Positions 19,901-29,208 of a stretch of DNA of 64,000 nt are shown piece by piece. The position numbers and the translations under genes were made by a program. Source of the DNA: Ostreococcus lucimarinus (Eukaryota); assembly GCA_000092065.1 (NCBI GenBank), contig CP000593.1; one strand, 5' to 3'. Each line of letters starts with the position of its first letter. Position 1 is the stretch's first letter. The notes under the pieces are model-generated. The model saw only the letters and a program-made list of their open reading frames with translations. It was not told the origin of the DNA and searched no databases.

Positions 19901-21215
19901 CTTTGTGCAAGCCATTCATATCAAGTCTTTCATCCTTCGACACCTCCGGGTTGATGTGCTCTTTCATTTGCGGGACACTTTCGCCGGTCAAGCTCGCTTC
20001 GTTGACGACAGCTGATCCGGCAAGGAGCACGCAGTCGCAAGGAACCGGGACTTCTTCGCCTCCGTTACGCTTAATGGAAATGATATCGCCAGGGTACAGC
20101 TCTTCAGTTGAGTGATCTTCCCATACACCACCACGTCGCACAAGGATGCGCCCAGCTTTTTGACCCATACCCCGCAAAGTGGCGATGTTTCTCTGCCGCG
20201 AAAACGCCGTAGTGCCTTCAAAGATCAACAAGCTCAACGCGCTGAACAGGGCGTACTTCCAGTACTCATCCATGAGCCAAAGGAGTACGGTAAAGATTTG
20301 GAAAACAGTCACCGGACCCGTGAGTTGCTCTTTGTACAAGTTCCAAAACGTGGGAATGTTGACTTGGAGCGCGTTGTCGCCGTATCGTTCATGACTGTGG
20401 TGTACCTCTTCTCCGGAAAGACCTCTCGACTTGACGTAATGCGAAAGCGGTAAATCTTTTGGCGTCTCGATTTCGCGAAGTTCGCCTTGACCTTTGCCGC
20501 GAGCTTCGTCCCACTCAATCTCCACGTACTCGTACCGCTGGCGCTGAAACACGCACCAAAGCATTGTTCGTAAACTACCATCCGCGTCAAACACTCGTAA
20601 GCGCGACACCGGCACGATTTCCGGTTTCCCTTGATGCGCGTGCGGAGTAATGATAAAGTAAGACCCCTCGGTCACGCGGTTGATGGGTTTGTACTGCACG
20701 AAGCACCGAATACGAACGCTCCAATGTTGCGCGAAGAGCAACAACGCGTGCGCCGTCGCGATGGACGCGAACGCCAAAACCGTGGGAAAGTCCGGCAACC
20801 ATCGCGCGGGCAGCGTCGGCGGTACTTCATACTTGACCTCTTCATCCACCGTGGCCCCAGCGTCGTCCTCGCTCGCTTCCGGCTCCCCCGCGTCCCACGC
20901 CCCGCTCGCGTCGTCCCCGCCGTCCCCGCTCGTCCACTCGTCTCGCACTCGCCCTTCGCCAACCCGCGTCTTCTCCACCCCGACCGCATCGAACACCGCG
21001 GGATCGTATCCAGCGTCGATGTGATGCGCCAGCGCCGCCCTGTACGGGTTTCCAGACGTTTCGTAGCACTTTTTCAGCGAGATCGCGTAGAGCACGAAGA
21101 ACGGCAGATGAATCAATCCGACCGCGTTCGCGACGCGGTACCGCCGCGTTCGCGGTCGCGCGTCGTGCACGTGCGCGGGCACGCTCACGCGCAGGTTTCC
21201 ATCGCGCGGCGCCAT
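16950..21215 (-). CDS. P5A-type P-type ATPase (Spf1/ATP13A1 family, ER)
   Basis: 1421 aa. DKTGTIT phosphorylation site. MCGDGANDVGALKQAHVGVAL hinge. PPDLPMQTAMAVN P5A signature. Long P5A-specific insertion with coiled-coil. ATG verified at 21215. Confidence 0.95.
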   Translation of the reverse strand: MAPRDGNLRVSVPAHVHDARPRTRRYRVANAVGLIHLPFFVLYAISLKKCYETSGNPYRAALAHHIDAGYDPAVFDAVGVEKTRVGEGRVRDEWTSGDGGDDASGAWDAGEPEASEDDAGATVDEEVKYEVPPTLPARWLPDFPTVLAFASIATAHALLLFAQHWSVRIRCFVQYKPINRVTEGSYFIITPHAHQGKPEIVPVSRLRVFDADGSLRTMLWCVFQRQRYEYVEIEWDEARGKGQGELREIETPKDLPLSHYVKSRGLSGEEVHHSHERYGDNALQVNIPTFWNLYKEQLTGPVTVFQIFTVLLWLMDEYWKYALFSALSLLIFEGTTAFSRQRNIATLRGMGQKAGRILVRRGGVWEDHSTEELYPGDIISIKRNGGEEVPVPCDCVLLAGSAVVNEASLTGESVPQMKEHINPEVSKDERLDMNGLHKVHILYSGTTLMQHTSKTESESSALQVTTPDGGCLCYVLQTGFASTQGKLMRMMEFSSEQVTGDTKETLVLLFILLIFALAASYNVYVKGIADGKRSQYELILRCIMIVTSVVPPDLPMQTAMAVNTALIALVKASVYCTEPFRVPVAGKVDCCLFDKTGTITSDRLVAEGVLSDLTKGAPLKQPVEADKNVSIVIGGCHALLEIDGKTFGDPLEKAALLGIKWKYDPATHLGTPKLDDKITRSWTGAENTSVKILVRNHFASALQRMSVIADVSSNSTVSRWSLVKGSPEMIKSLLKNVPQGYDAAYRGLAEQGMRVIALAHKELSAEESARVGSQSTPLTRDEAESDLVFDGFFAFACKVRADSAEIIHALQASSNNVMMATGDATLTALHVGNEVGIARGGLDGALILARDQLDKLEWQSARVDEHMKPMKVFPYEETSIRELAKEYSLCVTGKSLNVALTASGTLWDNLDQISIYARMSPDDKERVLKRLKTQGKHTLMCGDGANDVGALKQAHVGVALLSGFGSANTKKQEGAATIATKTETFAEKMARVKEQAEKIKADKEKEKLAQAADRAELQVLQTQWYEEELKVRLEAGEKWAQLNAMKVATQRLVQEAKRRQAARSKVAGTGQSLQQVFAELEETDGEVPKVKLGDASMAAPFTSRAPSIKATADIIRQGRCTLVSAIQMQQVLMLSCLISAYSLSVLYLDGVRNSESQMMAAGTALTVAGLAFSYATPVHTLSEVRPLRSIFHPANFLSLFGQLVIHLAAMVYAVHLVKSVTGEELAFPTAEKVAVVSQEVKKAANETQRSFWEQGPPFEPCLLNTVVFLVDTVQRVCVMLVNYKGRPFMLGAMENKSLMGSMASMVIGAFVCAFEVIPWLNKKLQLVSMPDDAFRYKVLGILAGSVIGTVGWDQLMLFIFARDILFASYRDTITAMPTMQDALPFIRRAIIWSIIAIWYVWSEGSVFIMVGAIQAYRRGYI

Positions 21216-21492
21216 TCGTTGGCGCGCGAACGACGCGTCGATGTGACGCCTTCGCTGCTCCGCGACCTTTCGTCACAGCGCGACGGCGCCGCGCGCGAGA
21301 CGACGCGCGATGGCGTCTCTCGCGATTCGAGACGCCGTGCGCGCGCACGGCGCGCGCGCGCGACTCGCGCGCGCGCTCGCGCGACGGCGCGCGGGCGCGA
21401 CGACGGGCGCGCGCGGTGCGACGACGACGACAGCGACGGCGACGACGACGCGCGGTGCGCGCGATGGCGTGGACGCGCGACGGTGCCGAGGG

Positions 21493-22926
21493 ATGAACGA
21501 CGCGGCGAAGGCGGCGTTGGATGCGTCGGCGCGCGCGCGCGCGAGCGCGAGCGCGAGCGCGAGCGCGGGGCCGGTGGTGTACTGGTGCGACCGGGACAGG
21601 CGGTGCGCGAATAACGACGCGCTGGGACGAGCGATGGAATTGGCGAACGAAAGGCGCGTCCCGCTCGTCGTGGCGATGCACGTGGGGACAGATTTGAGCG
21701 GGAGCGGCATCGGAGGCGCGCGCAGGGCGGTGTTCGCGCTGAAGGGGTTGAAGGAATTGGATGAGGATTTGCGAGCGCGAGGAGTGTCGACGCGAACGAC
21801 GACGGGAAGCGACGTCGCGGGAGGAATCGTGGAGACGTGCGAGACGCTGAATGCGAGTGCGGTCGTGTGTGACTTTTCGCCGTTGCGAGAGGGGCGTGCG
21901 GCGAGGGAAGCGGTGGCGCGTGTGGTGGAGGTTCCGGTGATTGAAGTGGACGCGCACAACGTCGTGCCGGCGTGGGTGACGAGCGATAAGCAAGAGTACG
22001 CGGCGAGAACGATTCGGCCGAAGATTCATCGAAATCTCGGGGATTTTCTCACCGCACCGCAAGCGTTAGATGATCTCATCGCCGCGCCGGACGCGTTGAC
22101 GCCAAGTGAGACGGATTGGGACGCATTGATTGACACCGCGCGCGTCAAGGGCGCGCACGTCCCAGAGGTTGACTGGATCAAACCGGGTGAACGTGCCGCC
22201 TTAGCCGCGCTGCTCGATCCGAATGTCGACTCTTTCCTCCCACAGCGATTGACACTCTACGGGGAGCGAAACAAGCCGACGTCGCCGCGCGCCGTGTCTC
22301 GCCTCTCGCCGTACTTGAATCACGGCCAGCTGTCGCCACGTCGCGCCGCGTGGGAAGCTGCGCAACTTCGGGGAATCGTAGACGACGAGGCGATCGATAG
22401 CTACTTGGAAGAGCTCATCGTTCGAAGGGAATTATCAGACAACTATTGTCTCTTCAATCCGTATTACGACTCGTTGCAAGGAGCGAGTCAATGGGCGCAA
22501 GATTCACTGAGTTTGCACGCCCGCGACGTTCGCGAGTACGTGTACGATTACAAAACACTCGAGCGTGGCAACACGCACGACGAGCTTTGGAACGCGGCTC
22601 AGAAAGAATTATACCATCTCGGACGAATGCATGGGTTCATGAGAATGTACTGGGCGAAGAAGATTCTTGAGTGGACGCCGTCGCCGGAGGTGGCCCTGCA
22701 GACGGCGATTCAACTCAACGACGCTTACGCGTTAGACGGTCTCGATCCCAACGGCTACGTTGGTTGTATGTGGAGCATTGCCGGTGTGCACGATCAAGGA
22801 TGGAAAGAGCGCGCGGTGTTCGGTAAAGTGCGGTATATGAATTACGCCGGTTGCAAGAGAAAGTTTCAAATCCAAGATTACGTAGCGGCGGTCGACGCTG
22901 AGATAAGCGGAATAGGTCGCAAATAG
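21493..22926 (+). CDS. Class II CPD DNA photolyase
   Basis: The N-terminal alpha/beta domain (VVYWCDRDRRCANNDAL...RVPLVVAMHV) and the class II FAD-binding C-terminus (WAQDSLSLHARDVREYVYDYKTLERGNTHDELWNAAQKELYHLGRMHGFMRMYWAKKILEWT...YVGCMWSIAGVHDQGWKERAVFGKVRYMNY) match. ATG at 21493. Confidence 0.9.
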   Translation: MNDAAKAALDASARARASASASASAGPVVYWCDRDRRCANNDALGRAMELANERRVPLVVAMHVGTDLSGSGIGGARRAVFALKGLKELDEDLRARGVSTRTTTGSDVAGGIVETCETLNASAVVCDFSPLREGRAAREAVARVVEVPVIEVDAHNVVPAWVTSDKQEYAARTIRPKIHRNLGDFLTAPQALDDLIAAPDALTPSETDWDALIDTARVKGAHVPEVDWIKPGERAALAALLDPNVDSFLPQRLTLYGERNKPTSPRAVSRLSPYLNHGQLSPRRAAWEAAQLRGIVDDEAIDSYLEELIVRRELSDNYCLFNPYYDSLQGASQWAQDSLSLHARDVREYVYDYKTLERGNTHDELWNAAQKELYHLGRMHGFMRMYWAKKILEWTPSPEVALQTAIQLNDAYALDGLDPNGYVGCMWSIAGVHDQGWKERAVFGKVRYMNYAGCKRKFQIQDYVAAVDAEISGIGRK

Positions 22927-23011
22927 GACAGCAATCTTTGTTATTCTTAGAGATTTTAGGTAGAAACGTTACAATCACTAGCGACGTACTACTGACACAC
23001 GACGTACATAC

Positions 23012-24691
23012 TTACGGTGCGCCTTCGGCGGAGCAAAGGAAAGGATCTAAAGGCTTCCCAAGCGCATACACAATGAAACCAATGTCCTTCAACTTCTGGT
23101 GGTCCAAGATGAGGCGGCCGTCGAACACAAAGGCCGGCTTTTGCATGACGCCATAGATCGCTTCCCAGTCGTACGTCTTGAACTCGTCCCATTCCGTCAT
23201 AATGCACACGGCGTGCGCACCAGTCAAAGACTCAGTGTGAGTCTTGCAGCACGTGATGGATTTCATCGCTTCCTCGCCCATGTCCAACGCGATTTGCGCC
23301 GCAGCAACCTTCGGGTCATAAATATTGAGCTTCGCACCGTCTTCGATGAGGCCGTGACCGACGTCGATAGCCGGAGACTCACGAGTATCACCCGTATCTT
23401 TCTTAAAAGCGTAACCGAGCATTGAAATCTTCTTGCCGCTGATCGTGTTGAACATGGCGGAAATCATGCGCTTGACGAAGCGGCTCTTTTGGTAGTCGTT
23501 CATGCCGACAACGCTGTGCCAGTACTCCGCCACTTCCGGCAAGCCGTGGCACTCACAAATGTATGCCAAGTTTAAGATATCCTTTTGGAAGCACGAGCCA
23601 CCGAAACCGACCGAGGCGTTCAAAAATTTGGAGCCGATACGCGTGTCGGTGCCGATGGCGTGCGAAACTTGCTGGACATCCGCGCCGGTCGCTTCACAAA
23701 GCGCGCTCATGGCGTTGATGGAAGAAATGCGCTGCGCCAAGAATGCGTTCGCAGCGAGCTTTGAGAGCTCGGCAGACCACAAGTTAGCGGTCAGAATGTT
23801 CTCTTTCGGTACCCAGTTGGAGTACACGCCTACGAGCGCGTCCACCGCCGCTTGACCTTTGGCGTTTTCAATCTTACCCCCGATCAACACGCGATCGGGC
23901 GCATCCAAGTCTACAATGGCCGTACCTTCGGCCAAGAATTCTGGGTTGGACAAGATGTCGAATCGCACGCCGTCGTGCGGGCAGTTGCGCTGGAGCACCT
24001 TTTCAATGGCCTCCGCCGTTCGCACGGGCACCGTAGACTTCTCAACGATGATCTTATCACTCTCGGAGCACGCCGCGATGGTGCGCGCCGCCAACTCCCA
24101 GTACGTCAAATCCGCCGCCTTACCTTTTCCTAAACCAGTCTTCTTCGTCGGCGTGTTCACGGAGACGAAAATCATCTCGCAGTCTCGAATAGCCCCTTCG
24201 ACATCCGTCGAAAAGAACAAGTTCTTCCCTCTGCACTCGAACACGATCTCATCCAACCCGGGCTCATAAATCGGCAGCTCGCTCGAGTTCCACGCGTCGA
24301 TCCTCGGCTGCGAGATGTCCACCACCGTGACCGAGATCTGCGGGCACTTCTTCGCGATCATCGCCATCGTCGGCCCGCCCACGTATCCCGCGCCGATGCA
24401 ACATACTGCGTCGTCCCCGAAACCGCGCGCGTCGTCAGTCCTTCGTCCTCGCGCGCCTCCATTCGCACCGTCGCGCGCTCTCCCATCTTTCGCGCCCGTC
24501 CCAACGCTCTCCCGTCGCCGTCGTCGCGTCTCCGGTCGTCGCCGCGTCTCGCGGATGGTTTCCGGACATCTTTCCGACGACCGTCGCGATCGCCCTCGTC
24601 GCGTCGTCTCGCGCGTCGCGTCGTCTCGCGTCGCGTCGCGTCGCGTCGCTCGCGTCGTTCTTCACGCACTCGTCGTGATCGGCCTCGTCAT
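23012..24691 (-). CDS. UGDH: UDP-glucose 6-dehydrogenase, two exons: join(complement(23012..24405),complement(24670..24691))
   Basis: [19 protein letters not shown] catalytic motif and NAD-binding [12 protein letters not shown]. The ORF-track start is a GTG inside the Rossmann motif, with no in-frame ATG upstream. A 22-nt exon 1 (ATG ACG AGG CCG ATC ACG ACG A) plus a phase-1 264-nt intron gives [20 protein letters not shown]. Confidence 0.88.
24406..24669 (-). mobile_element. Introner-like element forming the UGDH intron (264 nt, longest copy)
   Basis: Minus-strand sequence: GTGCGTGAAGAACGACGCGAGCGACGCGACGCGACGCGACGCGAGACGACGCGACGCGCGAGACGACGCG...GGACTGACGACGCGCGCGGTTTCGGGGACGACGCAG. Confidence 0.85.
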
Positions 24692-25038
24692 GCCGCGATC
24701 GCGTCGCGTCGCGTCGTCGCGCGCGCGCGTGTGCGGGGCGACCGGATCGCGCGCGCCTCCGAGGCGTCGATGTCGTGTGGGTAAACAGTCCGACGTCGCG
24801 GTCGGTCGTGTATTGGCACCGCGCGCGGGTGTGATTTCGAATTCGATTTCGAAATCGACCTCGCGCGTCGCCGGCGCCGACCGACGCGCGGCGCGCGACA
24901 CCGACGCGCGCGATGGCGACGGCGACGACGACGACGACGGCGCGCGCGATGCCGTCGCGATGGCGCGCGCGCGCGACGACGCGAACGAACGCGAGGGCGA
25001 ACGCGAGGGCGAGCGCGGCGGCGGACGAGCGGTACGCG

Positions 25039-26190
25039 ATGCGCGGCGTGAGCGCGTCCAAGGAGGACGTGCACGCGGCGATAAAGAAGGTGGACAAGGG
25101 ATTGTTCCCGAAGGCGTTCTGTAAGATCGTGGAGGACATCGCTGGGGACGAGGCGTACTGCACGTGCATGCACGCGGACGGCGCGGGGACGAAGACGAGC
25201 CTGGCGTACGCGTACTGGAGAGAGACGGGAGATTTGGGAGTGTGGCGAGGAATCGCGCAGGATTCGATCGTGATGAACACGGATGATTTGTTGTGCGTCG
25301 GGTGCGTGGATAACATATTCGTCTCGAGCACGATCGGGAGGAATAAGGCTTTGATTCCGGGGGAGGTGCTGAGCGCGCTCATCAACGGGACGGAGGAGGT
25401 TTTGGAGACTTTGCGCGAGTGTGGGGTCGGGGTGAAGTCCACGGGAGGTGAAACCGCGGATTTGGGTGATTTAGTGCGCACGGTGGTGGTGGACACCACG
25501 GTCACGGCGCGCATGCGAAGAGACGCGGTGGTGAGTAACGACAACATTCGCGCCGGAGACGTCGTCGTCGGTTTGGCGTCGTTCGGTCAAGCGACGTACG
25601 AGAGCGAGTACAACGGCGGAATGGGAAGCAACGGATTGACGTCTGCTCGACACGACGTGTTTGCGAAGAATTTGGCGGAAAAATATCCGGAAACGTTCGA
25701 TCCGAACGTACCCGAATCGTTGGTGTACAGCGGCAAGTATCAGCTCACCGACGTCGAGCCGGAAACCGGCGTGACGGTTGGCAAGTTGGTGCTCAGTCCG
25801 ACGCGAACGTACGCCCCCGTGGTGAAAGCCGTGCTCGATGCCATGGACGTGAGGGATATTCACGGCATGGTGCACTGCAGCGGCGGCGCGCAGTCCAAGG
25901 TTGGACACTTTCTCCTCGACGGCTTGCGCGTCGTCAAGGATAACATGTTCCCCATTCCCCCGCTCTTCCGCTTGATCCAGGAGTGCTCCAACACCGAATG
26001 GAGCGAGATGTACAAAGTGTTCAACTGCGGACATCGTCTCGAGTTTTACTGCTCCCCCGAACACGCGCAAAAGATTATCGATATTAGCCAGAGCTTTAAC
26101 ATCGACGCCCGCGTCGTCGGCAGAGTCGAAGCCAAGGATGGCAAGTCTGAAGTCGTGGTGAAGAGTGAATACGGTGAGTTTACGTATTAA
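25039..26190 (+). CDS. PurM-family protein (AIR synthase-like N and C domains), stand-alone
   Basis: MHADGAGTKTSLAYAYW (cf. PurM DGVGTK), GGETADLGDLV (cf. GGETAEMPG), VHCSGGAQSKV and MYKVFNCGHRLEF (cf. MYRTFNCGVGM). ATG at 25039, preceded by junk in the ORF-track entry. Confidence 0.78.
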   Translation: MRGVSASKEDVHAAIKKVDKGLFPKAFCKIVEDIAGDEAYCTCMHADGAGTKTSLAYAYWRETGDLGVWRGIAQDSIVMNTDDLLCVGCVDNIFVSSTIGRNKALIPGEVLSALINGTEEVLETLRECGVGVKSTGGETADLGDLVRTVVVDTTVTARMRRDAVVSNDNIRAGDVVVGLASFGQATYESEYNGGMGSNGLTSARHDVFAKNLAEKYPETFDPNVPESLVYSGKYQLTDVEPETGVTVGKLVLSPTRTYAPVVKAVLDAMDVRDIHGMVHCSGGAQSKVGHFLLDGLRVVKDNMFPIPPLFRLIQECSNTEWSEMYKVFNCGHRLEFYCSPEHAQKIIDISQSFNIDARVVGRVEAKDGKSEVVVKSEYGEFTY

Positions 26191-26212
26191 TACGTAATAT
26201 AAAATCAAAAAT

Positions 26213-26932
26213 CTAAACCACCCCTTGTTTCGTCGTCCCCGTCGGGCGATCCTGCTTGCCCTCGGCGATTTCCTTTGCCTTGCGCGCGTCGCGCCGCGCT
26301 CGCAACTCTTCGATGCTCACCCCTCGAAGCTCGCGCCTGTAAAACAACAACCAATTCGCCACCTGCGCTCGACGCGTCATGTTCGGCGTCAACCCTTCCA
26401 TCTTAAACCCTTTCCATCCCAACGGCGTGAGCGTCGTCTTAATCCCTTGCTTGTGTTCCTCCGGCACCGACCGCGTCAACGCCGCGCACGCCACCTTCAC
26501 CGGCGCGTCAATCTTCGGATCGTACTTCCTCGTCACCCCGATCACGTCCGGTGGTTCGGGATAACTTTTCGCCCAATTCGGAAACACCTCATCCGGCGTC
26601 CACACCTCGTTCGCCGTGAGCGTCTCCGCGTCCAGCTCCACGCGCGAGCGATAGCCCAGCGCGTTCCACACCAGCCGGTTCACCTCCTCATCCGCGAGCT
26701 CCGAGCGCACGATCGACAGCAGCACCTCGTTCGACAGCGGGTCCGCCCCATCGCGCGCGTCGTCCCACGGCTTCGCGCCCCACTCGTCCTCACCAGCGCG
26801 CGTCTCGACGCGTCTTCGTCCCGAGGGCGTTCGCACCGCGGCGGCGCGTCGCGGCGTCGCGCGTCGCGTCGTCGTCGCGTCGCGCGTCGCGCGTCGCAGC
26901 GTCGTCGCGGACGTCGTCGTCGAGCTCGCCAT
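26213..26932 (-). CDS. Conserved hypothetical protein with a T/R-rich transit-peptide-like N-terminus (plastid-lineage type, unassigned)
   Basis: The C-terminal 180 aa are non-repetitive (NEVLLSIVRSELADEEVNRLVWNALGYR...GWKGFKMEGLTPNMTRRAQVANWLLFYRREL). The ORF-track start 27307 is Arg-rich shadow; a plausible ATG is at 26932 (MASSTTTSATTLRRATR...). Confidence 0.45.
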   Translation of the reverse strand: MASSTTTSATTLRRATRDATTTRRATPRRAAAVRTPSGRRRVETRAGEDEWGAKPWDDARDGADPLSNEVLLSIVRSELADEEVNRLVWNALGYRSRVELDAETLTANEVWTPDEVFPNWAKSYPEPPDVIGVTRKYDPKIDAPVKVACAALTRSVPEEHKQGIKTTLTPLGWKGFKMEGLTPNMTRRAQVANWLLFYRRELRGVSIEELRARRDARKAKEIAEGKQDRPTGTTKQGVV

Positions 26933-27062
26933 CGCGCGTCGTCGCTCGCGCGCGTCGTCGTCGAGCGGGCGCGTCGAGGTGTCCCGAGCCGTCCCGGCGC
27001 CGTCGCGACGCCGTCCGCACACGCGCGCGCGCGTCCGCGAGCGCACGTCGCGCGCTCGAGCG

Positions 27063-29150
27063 ATGGAGTGGACGACGCGCGACGTCGCCGCGGACCCGCG
27101 CGCGACGCGCGCGCGCTGGACGCGCTCGGCGGCGGAAACATCGTCCGGGAGCGGTGCGGACGATGGATTCTTCGCGTCGTGGTCGACGCCCGTGTTCGTC
27201 GTCGCGGCGTGCGTCGCGGCGCTCGCCGTGGCGCGATTCGCCGATCGTCGGGTCGGCGCGGCCGTGCGCGCGCACTGTTTCGTCGCGTGGACGCTGGCGC
27301 TGATCATGGTGGGGATCGTGCCGACGGATGTGACGGCGACGCTGCGCGCGGGAGAGGCGCCGCGCGGGTTGGACGCGACGTGGGACGTCGCGTACTGGAG
27401 TACGTACGCGCTGACGTGGATCGTGCTGCCGCTGCACCAGTGTTACGTGGACGCGGCGGATTTTTCGTCCGTGGGACGATTGAAGAGAGCGGCGCGGGAG
27501 AACGCGATGTTTTTGGGAATCGCGGCGACGGCGATGTTCGTGGGCGCGGCGGCGCTGTTGGCGACCGAGTCGCTGTCTTTGGACGCGATGCGCGCGTATG
27601 GGATCGTGGTGGCGAACGTGTGGGGTATTTCGACCGGGGTTTTACTCATGGGGTTTGGTTTGGTGGACGTGCCGCGGGCGATTTGGCGGCGAGCGGCGTT
27701 TAATAATCGTCTCACGCGGTCGTACAAGCGCGTCGCCGGAGTGTCGCGGGCGCTCGGTAACGCTCACGCGCGCTTGGCACGGCAAGTTGTGGCGGTAACG
27801 ACGACGAGTCGAGTGATGCCACGGCGACATAGTTTGCGTTGGGCGATGAGCGTCATCGAAAACGAGACGCCAGAGTTCTCAGAAATGCACCGAGGAAGCT
27901 TAGATGAAGCGTTGGACGCGACAGAGGAAGACGTGCTGGATTACGATTACGATGAGTTGAACGATTTAGTTGCGCTGCGTCGCGCGGTTCGCCGTTCGCT
28001 GAGGCAGTACGATCGCACTAAGGCGCAGTACGTGATAGCGGTGAAGGATGCGTTTGAAGCGGAAGCCGCCGAGCAATCGCGGGCATCGTCAACTCGACGA
28101 TTGCATCGCCCGCCAAACTCGGTATCTCGTAGCGGCTCGCTCGGAAAGTGTATGGATGATGTGCAGTACACGTGGTCGATCGTCATCGTGCCCGTCCTCT
28201 TGAGAGTCATCGCCACTGGTTTGGCCTTTTTTTCGGTATCCATCATCATCGCAGAGAGCAGTATTTGGATCGGGAAACTGTGGGAAGAGGCGGATCAGAT
28301 ATCTCTTTTGAGCGTGATGCTGGAAAACGCTGAAGATTCGACATCGGGTTTGACCTCCATGCACGTCGTCGTGGCGTTTCCGCTCGCTTACATGTGCCTT
28401 TGCACGTTTCATTCCCTCCACAAGCTGGGCATGTTTTCGTTTTACACGCTCGTGCCTCGACACACGGATGCGTTTTCGCTCTTGGTGAACGCGAGTCTGG
28501 TATGCCGTTACTCAGCGCCGCTGAGTTTCAACTTTCTCATGCTTTTGCCCATTATTCGCGCGAGTGGCAAGATGACAACCTTCTCACGGAAGATGGCCAA
28601 CAACGTCCCAGAGCTCGCGGGTGAGCTGAACATCATCGTGCCCACGTTTTTGGGCTTGTACTGCGTCGCCATCGCCCTCGGCTGGTTCGACCGCATCGCA
28701 CGCGTACTCAACGTGGAGGGGTTTAAATTCGATAGCGACAAAGACGTGAATGAGAGCACGGAAACTGGAAAGTCAATCGTAGACAGGGAACGCGCCGAAG
28801 TCATGGACGGCGCCGAAATCGGAAGCTCGCACGAATCTTTCGTCTCTGAGACTGCGCCTCGCGAGCAAAGGCTTCCGCCAATTGCTTCGAATAGTAACGA
28901 GTGGAACGACGTCGAGCACGACGCTCGAGGAGGTCTGCTATCGACCTATCCCGATCCGGAATCCGCGAGCGCACGGTGGGAGACGCAAAAAGCCCGTCTC
29001 GCCCAAGCCACGCAAGCGAGCGCCGCAAGAGCCGTACCGCGCGGGTCGCCGCTCTCGCGAACTGGTCGAGACAAAGTGAGCGAACTCGACTTCATGTTCT
29101 CGAACCTCGGTCGCCGCAGCAGCGGCGGTGAATCGTTCTCGGATGAATGA
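27063..29150 (+). CDS. LMBR1-domain multi-pass membrane protein (LMBRD2-like)
   Basis: TWDVAYWSTYALTWIVLPLHQCYVDAADFSSVGRLKRAARENAMFLGI resembles the LMBRD2 family signature (LPmmQsYedsGdFt..klk). Central coiled-coil loop, then further TM helices. ATG at 27063. Confidence 0.72.
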   Translation: MEWTTRDVAADPRATRARWTRSAAETSSGSGADDGFFASWSTPVFVVAACVAALAVARFADRRVGAAVRAHCFVAWTLALIMVGIVPTDVTATLRAGEAPRGLDATWDVAYWSTYALTWIVLPLHQCYVDAADFSSVGRLKRAARENAMFLGIAATAMFVGAAALLATESLSLDAMRAYGIVVANVWGISTGVLLMGFGLVDVPRAIWRRAAFNNRLTRSYKRVAGVSRALGNAHARLARQVVAVTTTSRVMPRRHSLRWAMSVIENETPEFSEMHRGSLDEALDATEEDVLDYDYDELNDLVALRRAVRRSLRQYDRTKAQYVIAVKDAFEAEAAEQSRASSTRRLHRPPNSVSRSGSLGKCMDDVQYTWSIVIVPVLLRVIATGLAFFSVSIIIAESSIWIGKLWEEADQISLLSVMLENAEDSTSGLTSMHVVVAFPLAYMCLCTFHSLHKLGMFSFYTLVPRHTDAFSLLVNASLVCRYSAPLSFNFLMLLPIIRASGKMTTFSRKMANNVPELAGELNIIVPTFLGLYCVAIALGWFDRIARVLNVEGFKFDSDKDVNESTETGKSIVDRERAEVMDGAEIGSSHESFVSETAPREQRLPPIASNSNEWNDVEHDARGGLLSTYPDPESASARWETQKARLAQATQASAARAVPRGSPLSRTGRDKVSELDFMFSNLGRRSSGGESFSDE

Positions 29151-29208
29151 ATATATTGTTGCAACATCGCTCGCGCGCCTAGATAAAATTACACCCCTCT
29201 ACGACAGC

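Noticed and set aside
21455-21490. GTGCGCGCGATGG... resembling an introner 5' end just upstream of the photolyase ATG
   Set aside because: Only ~36 nt to the nearest AG, no 3' family box, and the photolyase N-terminus is complete without splicing.
20631-22062. ORFs 20631..21614+ and 20842..22062- (327 and 406 aa)
   Set aside because: Arg-rich antisense shadows of the P5A-ATPase 5' end and of the photolyase gene. No motifs.
24435-25547. 370-aa minus-strand ORF and other ORFs across 24315-25173
   Set aside because: Covers the UGDH intron and the bidirectional promoter and runs antisense into the PurM gene. Arg/Ala-rich. Explained by the intron plus promoter.
26225-27703. 492-aa plus-strand ORF and minus ORFs 26680..27437
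   Set aside because: Out-of-frame or antisense to the 26213..26932 gene and the LMBR1-like gene. Poly-Arg composition.
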